Shown: positions 35,813 through 46,292 of the stretch, piece after piece
Numbering within the stretch: position 1 is the first letter of the stretch
Layout: each line of letters opens with the position of its first letter
IMG/VR virus record: IMGVR_UViG_3300044729_003129
Coordinates: 1 to 64,000 of that record
Source of the DNA: a virus
Length of the DNA: 64,000 bases
Direction: 5' to 3' (one strand)
Made by a program: the position numbers and the translations under genes
Notes under the pieces: generated by a model
Databases searched by the model: none
Told to the model about the DNA's origin: nothing
Seen by the model: the letters and a program-made list of their open reading frames with translations, nothing else

Positions 35813-36013
35813 TTAAATTTCGTCATCGCGAGAATCGTCTTCTGTTCCATAGATACGATAGGTTCCACAAAAAGGGCAATATTCTGGGTAGAGTTCTTCG
35901 CGTTCTAGATCTTCAAAATCTTCTTCGTCATCGCAATAGTATTTATCGTCCTCATCATCCCAAGAGACTTCGTAGACGTATTTGCATTTTGGACATCTGT
36001 TGTTTTCTATCAT
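35813..36013 (-). CDS. acidic zinc-ribbon protein
   Basis: CPKC...CPFCG. Confidence 0.65.
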   Translation of the reverse strand: MIENNRCPKCKYVYEVSWDDEDDKYYCDDEEDFEDLEREELYPEYCPFCGTYRIYGTEDDSRDDEI

Positions 36014-36032
36014 TATATTTAATATATTTAAA

Positions 36033-36227
36033 TTATTTTCTGTTATTTATATCATCAACAACGGGGTCGTTCTTTCTTTCAAAATATGCGACAAATGGAA
36101 CCAATGGCCAAAATGCCAGCATTAAAAGAGCAGACACTATCATAAGTATTGCTGCAAATGGTACTACTACAAACATACTAAGTGCATACCAAAATGGAGA
36201 CAGTTTTATATAGTCTTTACCCTTCAC
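36033..36227 (-). CDS. small membrane protein
   Basis: Long hydrophobic stretch. Confidence 0.55.
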   Translation of the reverse strand: MKGKDYIKLSPFWYALSMFVVVPFAAILMIVSALLMLAFWPLVPFVAYFERKNDPVVDDINNRK

Positions 36228-37875
36228 ATGTGCTACAGGTTAAGATTGAACGTGCAAGTTCCTGTGCTGGATTTGCGCTACGTTGATAATACAACGACTT
36301 GACTCCTTGTTCCCAAGCAAAGATAAGAAGCTCGTTGACTTCTTTTGGCTTTGCAGTAGGTGCAATCATCAAGTTGAGTGATTGACCTTGATCAATATAC
36401 TTTTGACGTTGTGCTGCCTGAATGACAATTTCTTTTTGAGAAATTTCACCAAAGGTTTTAAATACATCTTTTTCTTCTGCAGAAAGAAAGTCTAGATGCT
36501 GTACAGAACCACCATGAGTAAGAACATCCTTCCATGTTTCTTGATCATTTTTGCCTTTTTCTTTGAGCAACTTTTCAAGATATGGATTGCGATAGGTAAA
36601 CTTGCCCTTAGCAAGATCCTTAACAAAATAATTGCTGTTTAGTGGTTCTATACTTGGAGATACTTGTCCAAGAATAAACGAACTACTTGTAGTAGGAGCA
36701 ATTGCAAGCGTAGTAGAGTTGCGTCGACCATAACCTTCCAACATAAATGGCTCGCCAAAAAGTTTTGCAAGTTGGGAGGTAGCAGAGTCTGCCTTGGCAC
36801 GGATAGTACTCCAAATTTGATTGTTCATCATCTTTGCTTCCATCGACTCGAATGGCACCATCTTTGACTGCAACAATGAATGCCAACCAAGCACACCTAC
36901 ACCGAGTGCACGCTGATTGATAGCAAACTTACGAGGCGCTCTCATAAATTCATTGCCAGGATTTCCAGTCTTCAAAATAAATTCAGACATGACTGCATCC
37001 AAGAAATATACAAGCGTCTCTACTGCATCTGTCTCTGCAATCTCGTCCCACTTTTCAAGATTAAGTGAAGAGAGGTCACATACAAAACTTTCATCTTCTG
37101 ATGTAGACAAAAAGATTTCTGTACAAAGGTTACTTGCATGTATCTTAAGACCCTTGTCTTTATACATCTGGGGTGCGCCGTTGTTTACATTATCAGAGAA
37201 AAAGATATAAGGATAGCCAGACTCAAATCGTTTTTTAATGACTGTACTCCAAACTTTACGTTTGTCTTTGTCGCCGCCAATCATACTCTTCATCCACTCA
37301 TCTGATACACACACGCCTATGGACAAGTCTTGAATAGCATTGCCTTCAGACCGAATCTTAAGAAACTCTTCAATATCAGGGTGATCAATAGGCAAATAGG
37401 CCGCAAAAGAACCACGTCGTACATTGCCCTGCGAGACATAGTTGATAAGCGAATCAAAAACTGTAAGCTGATGATGCACACCTGTAGCAGCACCACCAGA
37501 AGATATTGGGGCTCCTCGACCGCGCACATCTCCAAAATATGCGGAAGTTCCTCCACCGACTTTTGACATTGTACCAATCTCTCCGACCTTTGAGAGGATT
37601 CCATTCATGTCATCAGGTATATAACTACCAAAGCATGAGATTGGCAACCCGCGTTTACGGCCAAAGTTTGACCAGATTGGAGAAGCAAGAGAATAAAAAC
37701 CTCTTGACATATAGTCTACAAACTTGTCTGAAAAACCAGGCATATCATCTAATAACGCCTGCGCTCTATCTCCAATGTCCTGTATTCTCTGTTCTGGAGT
37801 TTCTCCCTCTAAGAGATATCCTCTCTCTAAAAATTTTCTACTATCTTTATTTAACCAATATATTTTATCACTCAT
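36217..37875 (-). CDS. nrdA: class I ribonucleotide reductase alpha subunit, no ATP cone
   Basis: PISCF, SNLCTEI, APTTSSS, SLYY, C-terminal CxxC. Confidence 0.95.
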   Translation of the reverse strand: MSDKIYWLNKDSRKFLERGYLLEGETPEQRIQDIGDRAQALLDDMPGFSDKFVDYMSRGFYSLASPIWSNFGRKRGLPISCFGSYIPDDMNGILSKVGEIGTMSKVGGGTSAYFGDVRGRGAPISSGGAATGVHHQLTVFDSLINYVSQGNVRRGSFAAYLPIDHPDIEEFLKIRSEGNAIQDLSIGVCVSDEWMKSMIGGDKDKRKVWSTVIKKRFESGYPYIFFSDNVNNGAPQMYKDKGLKIHASNLCTEIFLSTSEDESFVCDLSSLNLEKWDEIAETDAVETLVYFLDAVMSEFILKTGNPGNEFMRAPRKFAINQRALGVGVLGWHSLLQSKMVPFESMEAKMMNNQIWSTIRAKADSATSQLAKLFGEPFMLEGYGRRNSTTLAIAPTTSSSFILGQVSPSIEPLNSNYFVKDLAKGKFTYRNPYLEKLLKEKGKNDQETWKDVLTHGGSVQHLDFLSAEEKDVFKTFGEISQKEIVIQAAQRQKYIDQGQSLNLMIAPTAKPKEVNELLIFAWEQGVKSLYYQRSANPAQELARSILTCSTCEG

Positions 37876-37896
37876 AATATAGATCTATATATCACA

Positions 37897-38889
37897 TCAA
37901 AACAGGTCGTCTTCGCTAAAGCTTTGATTTTTCTTTGAATATTCAACCGGGCGGCTATGAAAAAAATCCGCCATATTGTTGCCAAGTAGTTCTTCTTCAA
38001 ACCACATAGTGGACTCAAGCAACTCTCTATCCACTTCAAATACTGGTTTAAAACTGATTTGAACAAGGGATTCATTGATACGATTTTTAATAAACTCTTT
38101 AAGAATTGGTGCTGATAGCCCAGGTTCATTTATGCCATTGATCATCCAGTCAACAATCTTAGCTTCAGACTTGTATGCCTCTTCAGCTTCATGCGCGATG
38201 CGTGCCTCAAGCTCATTGTCAAATAGTTCAGGATGCTCTTCACGAATTGTGTTGATAATCTTTATACCAACAAGAGCATGAATGTTTTCTTCATTGCGAG
38301 TATACTTTACTTGCTGATCTGTGTCTTTAAGTACATTTTTAAAACGAGCGAACCAGTTAATAATATAAAACTGAGAAAATAACGAAACATTTTCAACAAA
38401 AAGAGTGAAAAGAATCAAAGCATAGAGATATTGTTTTTTAGAATCTTTATAAAACTTGTGAGTATACTTACGAAGATATTTAACACGACCTTGTATCCAT
38501 TCAAGTTTAAGATTCTCTTCAAAAATATCTTCTAGTTCAAGCACACTAAGTAGACGCTCATAGGCACTATTATGAATAACTTCAATGTTTGCCATAACAT
38601 AGCCTAGATCTTGAAGACTAGGATGCGGCAGGTTTTCTCCCAGCTTGGCCCAAAAAGTTTTTACTGCAACTTCAATTTGTCCAACTGCTGAAAGTGTACG
38701 CACAATAATCTCGCGTTCTTGATCATTTAAATCAACCTTAAATTGCTGCACATCAGATTTAAAACTAAACTCTTTGTCTGTCCAAAATCCATTGTGCATG
38801 GCTTCAATAAACTGCTCTGTCCATGGATAGTGGTTTGGTTTGCGGCTAATTTGTTCTTCGAAGATGCTGTGTGTATTATTGTCGTTCAT
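37897..38889 (-). CDS. nrdB: ribonucleotide reductase beta subunit
   Basis: EVIHNSAY, VENVSLFSQF, EENIH, DFF...EY. Confidence 0.95.
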   Translation of the reverse strand: MNDNNTHSIFEEQISRKPNHYPWTEQFIEAMHNGFWTDKEFSFKSDVQQFKVDLNDQEREIIVRTLSAVGQIEVAVKTFWAKLGENLPHPSLQDLGYVMANIEVIHNSAYERLLSVLELEDIFEENLKLEWIQGRVKYLRKYTHKFYKDSKKQYLYALILFTLFVENVSLFSQFYIINWFARFKNVLKDTDQQVKYTRNEENIHALVGIKIINTIREEHPELFDNELEARIAHEAEEAYKSEAKIVDWMINGINEPGLSAPILKEFIKNRINESLVQISFKPVFEVDRELLESTMWFEEELLGNNMADFFHSRPVEYSKKNQSFSEDDLF

Positions 38890-38967
38890 GTTGGAAAATG
38901 TTACGCTGTGTAGCAGATGTTTATTATAAACAGAAAAAGGCGAGTTGTAAATAATTTTTTACACGTC

Positions 38968-39255
38968 TCATGATTCATTCATGGCACGTCTGCGTATGCT
39001 ACGAAGAGCGCCACTAACAGAATCACGTAGTACAATTGTATGCTTGCTATTTTTCTTAGCATAATTGTATAAAGCTTGCTGCTCCTCATCTGCCATATCT
39101 AGATATTTACACCAGCGTTCAAACTTATTTCGCCCGGTTTCAAACCGTCTAAAGATGTCAGTTGGTACATTAAAAAGTCTCCATGTTGCTCCACTTTTAG
39201 GATAGTCAGAAGGTGGCATTGCAACGTCTCCAGTAACTACTTCTTCGTTTTTCAT
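38968..39255 (-). CDS. conserved T4-like hypothetical protein
   Basis: Overlap-coupled ORF. Confidence 0.7.
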   Translation of the reverse strand: MKNEEVVTGDVAMPPSDYPKSGATWRLFNVPTDIFRRFETGRNKFERWCKYLDMADEEQQALYNYAKKNSKHTIVLRDSVSGALRSIRRRAMNES

Positions 39256-39836
39256 TGCTTAATATCGTGTTGAGTTATTAATACTTTTTGTCCAGTCTTA
39301 CAATGCATGGCGTCATATACATTTACGCCAAAAATATTTCCAACCGGGCATGAATTTTCTGCTATTGATATTGTTGTATTCTTGAGAGCCAATATGTCTC
39401 CAGTTAGTTGTAATGGTAGGTTACGCGTTAATCTGTATGTTCCATGACGAAGAGTGTTGTCTTCATTGAGATACCAAAAAGACTCTTCAAGATGAAGCGC
39501 ACGTGGATCGCACCCAGTGACCTCTTTGATAACCTTAGCAAGTGCTCGATCAGAAACTCCAGTTTTTTCTTTTATGAGATAGAGCGCCGCAAGATACGAA
39601 GCAATTGTAGTCTTGCCAAATGGAATTACATTAAGCATACGTTTAACGTTAAAGACCAATTTATGAAAAATATTATACTTACTTTTTTCTTCACTTGTTT
39701 CTGGTTTGCGAATTACGTTGCCATTTGCATCTATAAGTCCCATCTTATAGGCTCCAGTTTTTGTCCATGGAGTAGTGAGTAAGCGTAAAAATCTAAATGC
39801 GTAAACAGTGTCTGTAGTGCGTGTTAGGAGTCCCAT
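39252..39836 (-). CDS. conserved T4-like hypothetical protein
   Basis: FLRLLTTPW...AYKMGLID..G, FHKLVFNVKR. Confidence 0.75.
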   Translation of the reverse strand: MGLLTRTTDTVYAFRFLRLLTTPWTKTGAYKMGLIDANGNVIRKPETSEEKSKYNIFHKLVFNVKRMLNVIPFGKTTIASYLAALYLIKEKTGVSDRALAKVIKEVTGCDPRALHLEESFWYLNEDNTLRHGTYRLTRNLPLQLTGDILALKNTTISIAENSCPVGNIFGVNVYDAMHCKTGQKVLITQHDIKQ

Positions 39837-39840
39837 AGTT

Positions 39841-40209
39841 TTAAATTCTTTGAAGTGTTCGAGCTACGTATAGATCAATAGGTATATTTATATATTCGCC
39901 TTCTGGAATATAGTTTAGATAAAGCAAAAATGTCTTAAGTGCTGGCCAACTATGTTCGTTTACTCGATTAAAACACATGCGTGTTGCTGCCTCAGGGTAA
40001 AACATATTGTGAAGTATAATGAGATGGTTTAAGATTAGCCTCTCTTGAAGTATACTTTTATCTTGATATTTTTTAAAGAGTTTTTTGATATACTTCAGAT
40101 GAGCAAGATCTGCATGAAATTCTTTTATGTCTAAACAGCGTGGATTATTATAATGCTTAGCCGCGTAGACTAAAAAATTTTTATCGTTTAACTCATTTAC
40201 CAACTGCAT
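39841..40209 (-). CDS. conserved T4-like hypothetical protein
   Basis: KHYNNPRC...ERLILNHLIILHN. Confidence 0.8.
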   Translation of the reverse strand: MQLVNELNDKNFLVYAAKHYNNPRCLDIKEFHADLAHLKYIKKLFKKYQDKSILQERLILNHLIILHNMFYPEAATRMCFNRVNEHSWPALKTFLLYLNYIPEGEYINIPIDLYVARTLQRI

Positions 40210-40229
40210 ATTATAATTTATATCGTCGT

Positions 40230-40544
40230 TTATTTCGACAATAAATCAGTTACAGTCTTCCCTTTTTCCCAAAACTTACAACTCCAATAACGAGCCTTCC
40301 ACTTTGGGCCTGGATCTGTATCACACTGATGGCGAGCTCTAAAACTTTTTAGACGCTCTGGATCATCTCGTTTAATCTCTGCCTTTGGATCACCAAATCC
40401 AAGTTTTATAACGTTGCCCTTTTCATTACGCACATAGACATAAAACTTATGTTTTTCATCGTCGCTACGCCACGGTTCATTGAGAGTCACCTTACGACCA
40501 TCATATTCTGCCTGCTCAGAGATATATTCTTTAAAACGCATCAT
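40230..40544 (-). CDS. putative capsid-packaged protein
   Basis: MMRFKEYISE leader; SFRARHQC...ARYWSC. Confidence 0.75.
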   Translation of the reverse strand: MMRFKEYISEQAEYDGRKVTLNEPWRSDDEKHKFYVYVRNEKGNVIKLGFGDPKAEIKRDDPERLKSFRARHQCDTDPGPKWKARYWSCKFWEKGKTVTDLLSK

Positions 40545-40550
40545 AATATA

Positions 40551-41852
40551 TTAGCGTGAGATTTCTTCCCAATCTAGAGATGCGTGAATTTGTGCTGGAT
40601 TACCACCTGAGGCAGTGCTCGCGGAAATTACCAGTGTCAATTCATTTGGAACTCCACTTAAACCATTGCGTTCAAGTTGAAATTTAAATAGCGCTTCTTT
40701 TAAAATATCAAGGGAAGGTTTGCTCTGAGTTGTAGAGCTCATATAACCAGATGCCAATATTCTTCCACCGGTAATTGCACTAGCATCCATCTTATATTCT
40801 ACAGCTGAATCTGCCGATGCTGGCTGCCAAGATCCACTTCCACCAGTAGTTGCACCTCCCGAAACTACTTTCCATTTATAGTTAGTTGTTGATACAGGTA
40901 ATATTGAAAGAGCTGTAAGAATTACAACTGCATCCAGTTTTGTAGATTTTAATCTTATCGTAATCACTGGATAATCAGTGCCCGCAGCAGTTATTAAATT
41001 ATATGGAGCATTAATTGCAGTGCCTATGCTTTGTTGCGCTCCATATAGTTGATATCCACCTTCTGAAATTACTGTAGAGCATATTTGCTTAAGAGTACTT
41101 GTACTGCCAGTGTTAGAGGTATTTTCAATTTCGTATCGCAATGGCAGTGAAGCAGTAGTTATGTATGTAGAAGCAACTATATTAGCATGATGAAATGTAT
41201 GGCATACAACAAATTTTCCATTAATTACAAAACCAACTCGAACGCTGCCAACTCCCAACCATTCAAAATCCATCCATAAAATTTGTGCTTTAGAAATATC
41301 AAGAGTAAGTCCAGACGAACCAGTCTCATTTAATAGTTTATCGCCATTCCACTGTGATTGTGGTATTTTGATATTTTGCAAAGATCCATTTACAATTGTG
41401 CGTTTTACTATATTTAAAGTCGTGCCATCAAGTTCAAAATAGATGCCGTTATCGGCACCATAATATCCTACACGTTGCACTAATCCTGCTTTTGCAGATG
41501 ACATTACAAATGTATTGAGAACTAGCAATGATTTTCCAGGTTGATATGAAAAAACCTTCGTCGTTTCTCGCTTTACAGATGAGCCAGACAGTGCAGTAAC
41601 ACTACAATCAATTAGACCTTGGTTTGCATTAAATGTTGCTGTACCGCTACCAGCTACTTCAGTGTTCCAAAGACCATTGTCAGCAAATCTATGACTAGAA
41701 TCAAATAGAGTAAGCGGTGAAGAAGTGCGCAGTCGTCCAAATGCATCAGTGATTGTTCCGCTTGGAGTAATCTGATCTGCAAGCATGCCAACCTCATAAC
41801 GAGCATGTTTACGAGTTAGCGAACTATCAGAAGTTAAAAATTGGGTTGGCAT
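40551..41852 (-). CDS. beta-rich putative virion structural protein
   Basis: DAFGRLRTSSPLTLFDS, YQPGKS, EWLGVG motifs. Confidence 0.7.
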   Translation of the reverse strand: MPTQFLTSDSSLTRKHARYEVGMLADQITPSGTITDAFGRLRTSSPLTLFDSSHRFADNGLWNTEVAGSGTATFNANQGLIDCSVTALSGSSVKRETTKVFSYQPGKSLLVLNTFVMSSAKAGLVQRVGYYGADNGIYFELDGTTLNIVKRTIVNGSLQNIKIPQSQWNGDKLLNETGSSGLTLDISKAQILWMDFEWLGVGSVRVGFVINGKFVVCHTFHHANIVASTYITTASLPLRYEIENTSNTGSTSTLKQICSTVISEGGYQLYGAQQSIGTAINAPYNLITAAGTDYPVITIRLKSTKLDAVVILTALSILPVSTTNYKWKVVSGGATTGGSGSWQPASADSAVEYKMDASAITGGRILASGYMSSTTQSKPSLDILKEALFKFQLERNGLSGVPNELTLVISASTASGGNPAQIHASLDWEEISR

Positions 41853-41998
41853 ATTTTCTTATTTACAATTTTAGAAACTTTGGTATAATAATTAATATTA
41901 GCTTTTGATGCTAGTATTAAGGTATAAATCTAGATTTTTTATTAGAATCCTGAAAGTTCCGGGACGGATGGCTAATGGGGTTTTAAGGCGAGATAGAA

Positions 41999-43141
41999 TT
42001 AGTTGTTAGCGATGCTACTTTTTACCTTTGAGAGTACGCTTGTATCACCAGTTACAATTGCAATAAGTGATTGAAATGTTGAATTTATAAGATCTTTTTG
42101 TGGCATTGACAGCGGTTTGTCTGCGTCAAGTGCACGCATAGCAAGTACGAGTTTAGGAAGTTCTTCTCTTGATACAAGTCCAGTAGAAGCAAGTTGCTTA
42201 AAGCGGGTCATATCAACCTCTTCGTTTACTTCTTCATACTCATCTGCATCAACTGTGACTTCATATTTTTTATCTACGGTTTCATAGAGATCATCAAGTG
42301 CTAAATAGATTGCTGTAATACTTTCGCGCGTTTCAGAATCGATTTCATCGAGGTTAGAGAGAGTCTCATATAATTCATCTGCCATTTCACAAATGTCTTC
42401 TAGTTCTGATAGTGCTTCTCCGGTTGGATCAACTTCTTCATCTTCAGTACTTTCGCTGTAAAAATCTTCTCGATCAAATTCTGCTTTCGTTTTATCGAGC
42501 GCCTTAAGAGCAGCATTATAGTCAGAGAATATTTGCGAATCTGCACCGCGATAGACTATTGCATATGGGTGAGTCTCATCGTCCAAGACCATAAAAAATA
42601 GATTTATCCAAACCCGGGGACGAGTTGACACACCATAGATATGCTGAATCTTTCCCTTTGTTATGTTTTTAATGCCAAAAAAATGACCAGCAAATTTATT
42701 AACTGGAGCCTCAACAAATCCGCGCTTTTTAAGTGCTTTAACCAAAGTGGCATCAACTTTGACCTGCTCATATATAGCATCTGTTTCGTCATCGGACTGC
42801 TCTTCTTTGATGGTACGCATACGCTTCATGAGTGCCTTAGTGACATCATTTAACTTGGCATAGCTTTCAGTGCCGTCACGATCAATGATACGCCATGGAA
42901 GACGATCGTCATACATAACTGCAAAAAAGATGTCTGCCCATTTTCCAGCACGCATTGGAATGCCCCAAAGTTCTTCTACTTTTCCACGATTAGGTCCTGG
43001 TTTGTATGTAGAAGGCCCGATTGGAGCCTTTTCAAAACCCAAAGATTTTAGTGTAGAAATAAATACCTTATATTCTGCCATCATGCGACCGAGCAGCTCG
43101 TCACCAGATGATTCGTTTAAAATTTCGTTTAATGATTTCAT
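41999..43141 (-). CDS. modular putative internal head protein
   Basis: MKSLNEILNE; two internal repeats; C-terminal module shared with the 818-aa protein. Confidence 0.7.
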   Translation of the reverse strand: MKSLNEILNESSGDELLGRMMAEYKVFISTLKSLGFEKAPIGPSTYKPGPNRGKVEELWGIPMRAGKWADIFFAVMYDDRLPWRIIDRDGTESYAKLNDVTKALMKRMRTIKEEQSDDETDAIYEQVKVDATLVKALKKRGFVEAPVNKFAGHFFGIKNITKGKIQHIYGVSTRPRVWINLFFMVLDDETHPYAIVYRGADSQIFSDYNAALKALDKTKAEFDREDFYSESTEDEEVDPTGEALSELEDICEMADELYETLSNLDEIDSETRESITAIYLALDDLYETVDKKYEVTVDADEYEEVNEEVDMTRFKQLASTGLVSREELPKLVLAMRALDADKPLSMPQKDLINSTFQSLIAIVTGDTSVLSKVKSSIANN

Positions 43142-44097
43142 GCTTGTTGAATATACTTATTAAAGGCTTCTTTTAGTTCTACAATTGAAGAATAGCTTGG
43201 TGATGTGGATGCATACTCATAGAGTGCATCCATGTCTTTGCTGCCAGTAGCAAGTGAAACTATCTTCATTAGACGAAGAGTGTCTAAACCTATTTCAGTC
43301 TCTTCCTTGATTGGATAGCCAACTTGTGCAGTCTTTTTGGTCTTTACAATCTTTAGCTTTGAAGGATGCTCACTTGAAATTGGTGGAAGGTGAGCGCTGC
43401 GTATGCTACGCTTTGCGCCGTCTTCGCTTGATGAGGTTGCAACTACTGTGCCGTCTGTAGTGTCTACTACAGCATAGAGTTCGCGCATTTCATCAATTTG
43501 TGTAGACTCTTTACGAGTTTTCTTACGAGATTTCATCATCAACTCATAGGTACGTCCATCATAACCGTTCTTTGCCCATAATTCATGTTCATCATTGGTT
43601 AGACCTTTCATAAGGTCAGCAATTGCTTTCCAATTTTCTGTATCGATATATCGATTGATTTGACTTGCTGATACTGTGCTTTCTTCAAGTCCAACCTCTT
43701 CTTTTTTAATATGAAAACTTTTATATTTTTCCCAAGCAGCCTTTATTTGTGCATCGTTATGATTTGGATACATCTTCTTATGTTGCTTTTCAAAGTCAAC
43801 ATAGTTTGTAATTACTGCTTCTTCTATACTCTCATTGCGTTGAGCAGCATAGTATGCTCCGAGTGCCATATTGATGCGTTCTTTTTTTGACTTTCCGGAG
43901 AAGCGGGAGTTGTCGCTGTTAATAAAATCACGAATCCAATCTCCGACTGGATCACTCTTTTTTAGTATTTCAGATAAACTTTTAGTTTTCATATATTGTT
44001 GTATGCTTTGCCCAGGTGTGTCTTTTATATATTTATACAATAGGCCTTTTGTGCCCTCAAAGCCGGCACCATATTCTTCATCGAGTTCCAAATTCAT
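43138..44097 (-). CDS. modular putative internal head protein
   Basis: Modules separated by I/L-E-E linkers. Confidence 0.65.
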   Translation of the reverse strand: MNLELDEEYGAGFEGTKGLLYKYIKDTPGQSIQQYMKTKSLSEILKKSDPVGDWIRDFINSDNSRFSGKSKKERINMALGAYYAAQRNESIEEAVITNYVDFEKQHKKMYPNHNDAQIKAAWEKYKSFHIKKEEVGLEESTVSASQINRYIDTENWKAIADLMKGLTNDEHELWAKNGYDGRTYELMMKSRKKTRKESTQIDEMRELYAVVDTTDGTVVATSSSEDGAKRSIRSAHLPPISSEHPSKLKIVKTKKTAQVGYPIKEETEIGLDTLRLMKIVSLATGSKDMDALYEYASTSPSYSSIVELKEAFNKYIQQA

Positions 44098-45133
44098 GAC
44101 CTGCTACTCTTTGCATTTGTGCTTTAAATTCTTCGAAATCTGGTTTGTCTTTGTAATATTTAATTGTACGTGAAGAGTCATCTTTGCCCTTTATTCTCCA
44201 TTTATAACCAGCTTCTAAACGATCTGGTTTGGTAACCTTTACAACTCGACGCTCATAACCAGCCTCCCATGTTTCTTCGTCGAGCATCAACTTTTCTCGT
44301 ATGTCATGTATAAAAAATTTAACTTGTTTGTCTTCAGTTTCATTTACACATGTCACATAATTAGGACCACGACTGGCAATCTTATATTCTGTGTTGTCTT
44401 TTATTGCCACTACAGAGTCTCCAATGTTGTATATTTCTCCAGAGATATAACGTTCACGAGTTTCGCTTAATGTATCAAACTGAACGTGTTTTCTAAAACT
44501 ATGACTTTCTTTTAGTCCCATGCCTTTGCGCACTGCATTAAAAAGATCCTTTACGTCGCCGTATGTCTTTGGCACGCCCTTTGCAAAAGTTTCAAGATCA
44601 TTGTCTGCTGCTGCGCTTCTCATCTTGCTAGCACTAACGGCAAAGGTACTTGCACCAGTACGGCTGTCAATATCAGGATCACGTTGACCAGTTGATACAA
44701 TGTTTATGCCATCAGGAAATTTATAATAGCCATGCGTGCCCTTTACGCCGTCATATTTACGAAGCAATGCCTTAAACTCTTCAACACGATCGCTACCAAC
44801 AGCAACTGTAAAGCGAGTATAACCTTCATCATATGCACTTGTTGCTATGTCAAATACATTTTTAACAGACCGATCTAATATAATATTGCGACCATATTGT
44901 GGAAACATTTTACGCATAAATTTAATCTTTTCCTCATAACCCAAAGGATTTTTCTTTGGATCTTCACTTTGAGATGCGTATATTCTAAATGGTTTACCTT
45001 TTGCAAGTTTTGCTATGGCTTCAATATTTTCTTCATGGCCGCGTGTAGGCGGATTAAAACGGCCAAAAGAAACTATAATTTCAGAAGTCTTTTCTTCAGT
45101 GTATGTCTTAAATGATTTTAAGTGAACTCCCAT
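44078..45133 (-). CDS. cytidylyltransferase-like (HxGH) nucleotidyltransferase
   Basis: FGRFNPPTRGH, GSDRV, SASKMR; LKSFKTYTEE leader. Confidence 0.85.
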   Translation of the reverse strand: MGVHLKSFKTYTEEKTSEIIVSFGRFNPPTRGHEENIEAIAKLAKGKPFRIYASQSEDPKKNPLGYEEKIKFMRKMFPQYGRNIILDRSVKNVFDIATSAYDEGYTRFTVAVGSDRVEEFKALLRKYDGVKGTHGYYKFPDGINIVSTGQRDPDIDSRTGASTFAVSASKMRSAAADNDLETFAKGVPKTYGDVKDLFNAVRKGMGLKESHSFRKHVQFDTLSETRERYISGEIYNIGDSVVAIKDNTEYKIASRGPNYVTCVNETEDKQVKFFIHDIREKLMLDEETWEAGYERRVVKVTKPDRLEAGYKWRIKGKDDSSRTIKYYKDKPDFEEFKAQMQRVAGHEFGTR

Positions 45134-45137
45134 AATT

Positions 45138-45824
45138 TTATTTTTTTCTAAATCGTGCAACTTCCTTTGCCCGTACTTGTGTTAATAACTTTGCTGCTAA
45201 AGAATTTATAAGATTTTTTTGTTTTGACAGCGCCTTTTCAACTCGTGAACGTGCAGCATATGATACTTCACTTTTGCTCTTGCCTCCAAGTAAACGTTTA
45301 GCTAGTTGGTTACGAGCTGCACGACGTGCACGAGCTTTTAATACTTCATTTGATGCGCGACGGCGTTTTGCCCGCTCGCGACCAACCTTTATGCGACTCT
45401 TGAGTCGACGCATAGCTGCACGGCGTGCCATACGCTGCTGAATAGTTAATACTTCAACAATTGTTTCTTCCTTTAGCATTTGCAACACACTATCACGAGC
45501 ATTAGTCAATATTCCTATTTTGTTGAGTGTGTCTTTTGTTTTTTCAGCAGACTTTAATTTTTTAAGTTCGTCATTAATTCTACGAAGTTCTGCATTCAAC
45601 TCATGTTTTGACATAGTATCATAGACAGACTCTTCTATGTCATGACAGTCACAGTCACAGTCACAGTCTGCTGGACACTCACATTCTGGGTCCTCTTCAC
45701 TGATCATCCAATCTCGTTTGCGTTTTTTGTATGCAGTGATCATAATGTCAAGCGGATCATAGTTATATGAGCCATCTGTAGGGTCAACTGTTAGTAGATC
45801 TTTGAGTCTTACTTCTTTTTTCAT
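45138..45824 (-). CDS. hypothetical protein with Cys-Asp repeat and Arg-rich C-terminus
   Basis: CDCDCDC; RMARRAAMRR...; late promoter 45837-44. Confidence 0.7.
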   Translation of the reverse strand: MKKEVRLKDLLTVDPTDGSYNYDPLDIMITAYKKRKRDWMISEEDPECECPADCDCDCDCHDIEESVYDTMSKHELNAELRRINDELKKLKSAEKTKDTLNKIGILTNARDSVLQMLKEETIVEVLTIQQRMARRAAMRRLKSRIKVGRERAKRRRASNEVLKARARRAARNQLAKRLLGGKSKSEVSYAARSRVEKALSKQKNLINSLAAKLLTQVRAKEVARFRKK

Positions 45825-45845
45825 ATGCAGATTATATATTTATAC

Positions 45846-46292
45846 TTATTTACCCTTATGCTGCGCCCACAGGTCAGCATCTGTAGTCTTTTGAGTAGGT
45901 CCACCCATAATAAAGCTGTTGACGCGAGCATATGCCCACTGGTGCTGTGAGGCTCCTGGCCGATGACCAGTTTTCCATGCAGCCATGCCGCGATCAAATA
46001 CTTTTTTAAGAATGTTGTATGCTATGCCAGTCTTTTCTGCTTTCTTTTGAAGTGCACTTGTTTCTGATTCTTCAAGCTCTTCTCCGTATTTGTCGGCATA
46101 TGCCTGCGTCCATTTAGATGTTTTTGTATCGGCGCGTGCATCTCCAGGCGCAGGTTTGTATGCGTCTGCGTCATCATCACTCATACGGGTCTGACGATTA
46201 AAATGAGCGCTTCGTTTATCAGACGTACTCTTTGACAAGCCTCTATAATAGGCATTATTCTCCAATAAAAATTCTTTAAATGATTGCATCAT
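45846..46292 (-). CDS. putative capsid-packaged protein
   Basis: MMQSFKEFLLE; VFDRGMAAWKTGHRPG...WAYARVNSF. Confidence 0.75.
   Translation of the reverse strand: MMQSFKEFLLENNAYYRGLSKSTSDKRSAHFNRQTRMSDDDADAYKPAPGDARADTKTSKWTQAYADKYGEELEESETSALQKKAEKTGIAYNILKKVFDRGMAAWKTGHRPGASQHQWAYARVNSFIMGGPTQKTTDADLWAQHKGK

Noticed and set aside
36217-38889. Introns or inteins in nrdA/nrdB
   Set aside because: Both frames are continuous and of normal or short length.
45643-45668. (CACAGT)n microsatellite as a phase-variation site
   Set aside because: The 6-bp unit keeps frame and only encodes CDCDCDC.
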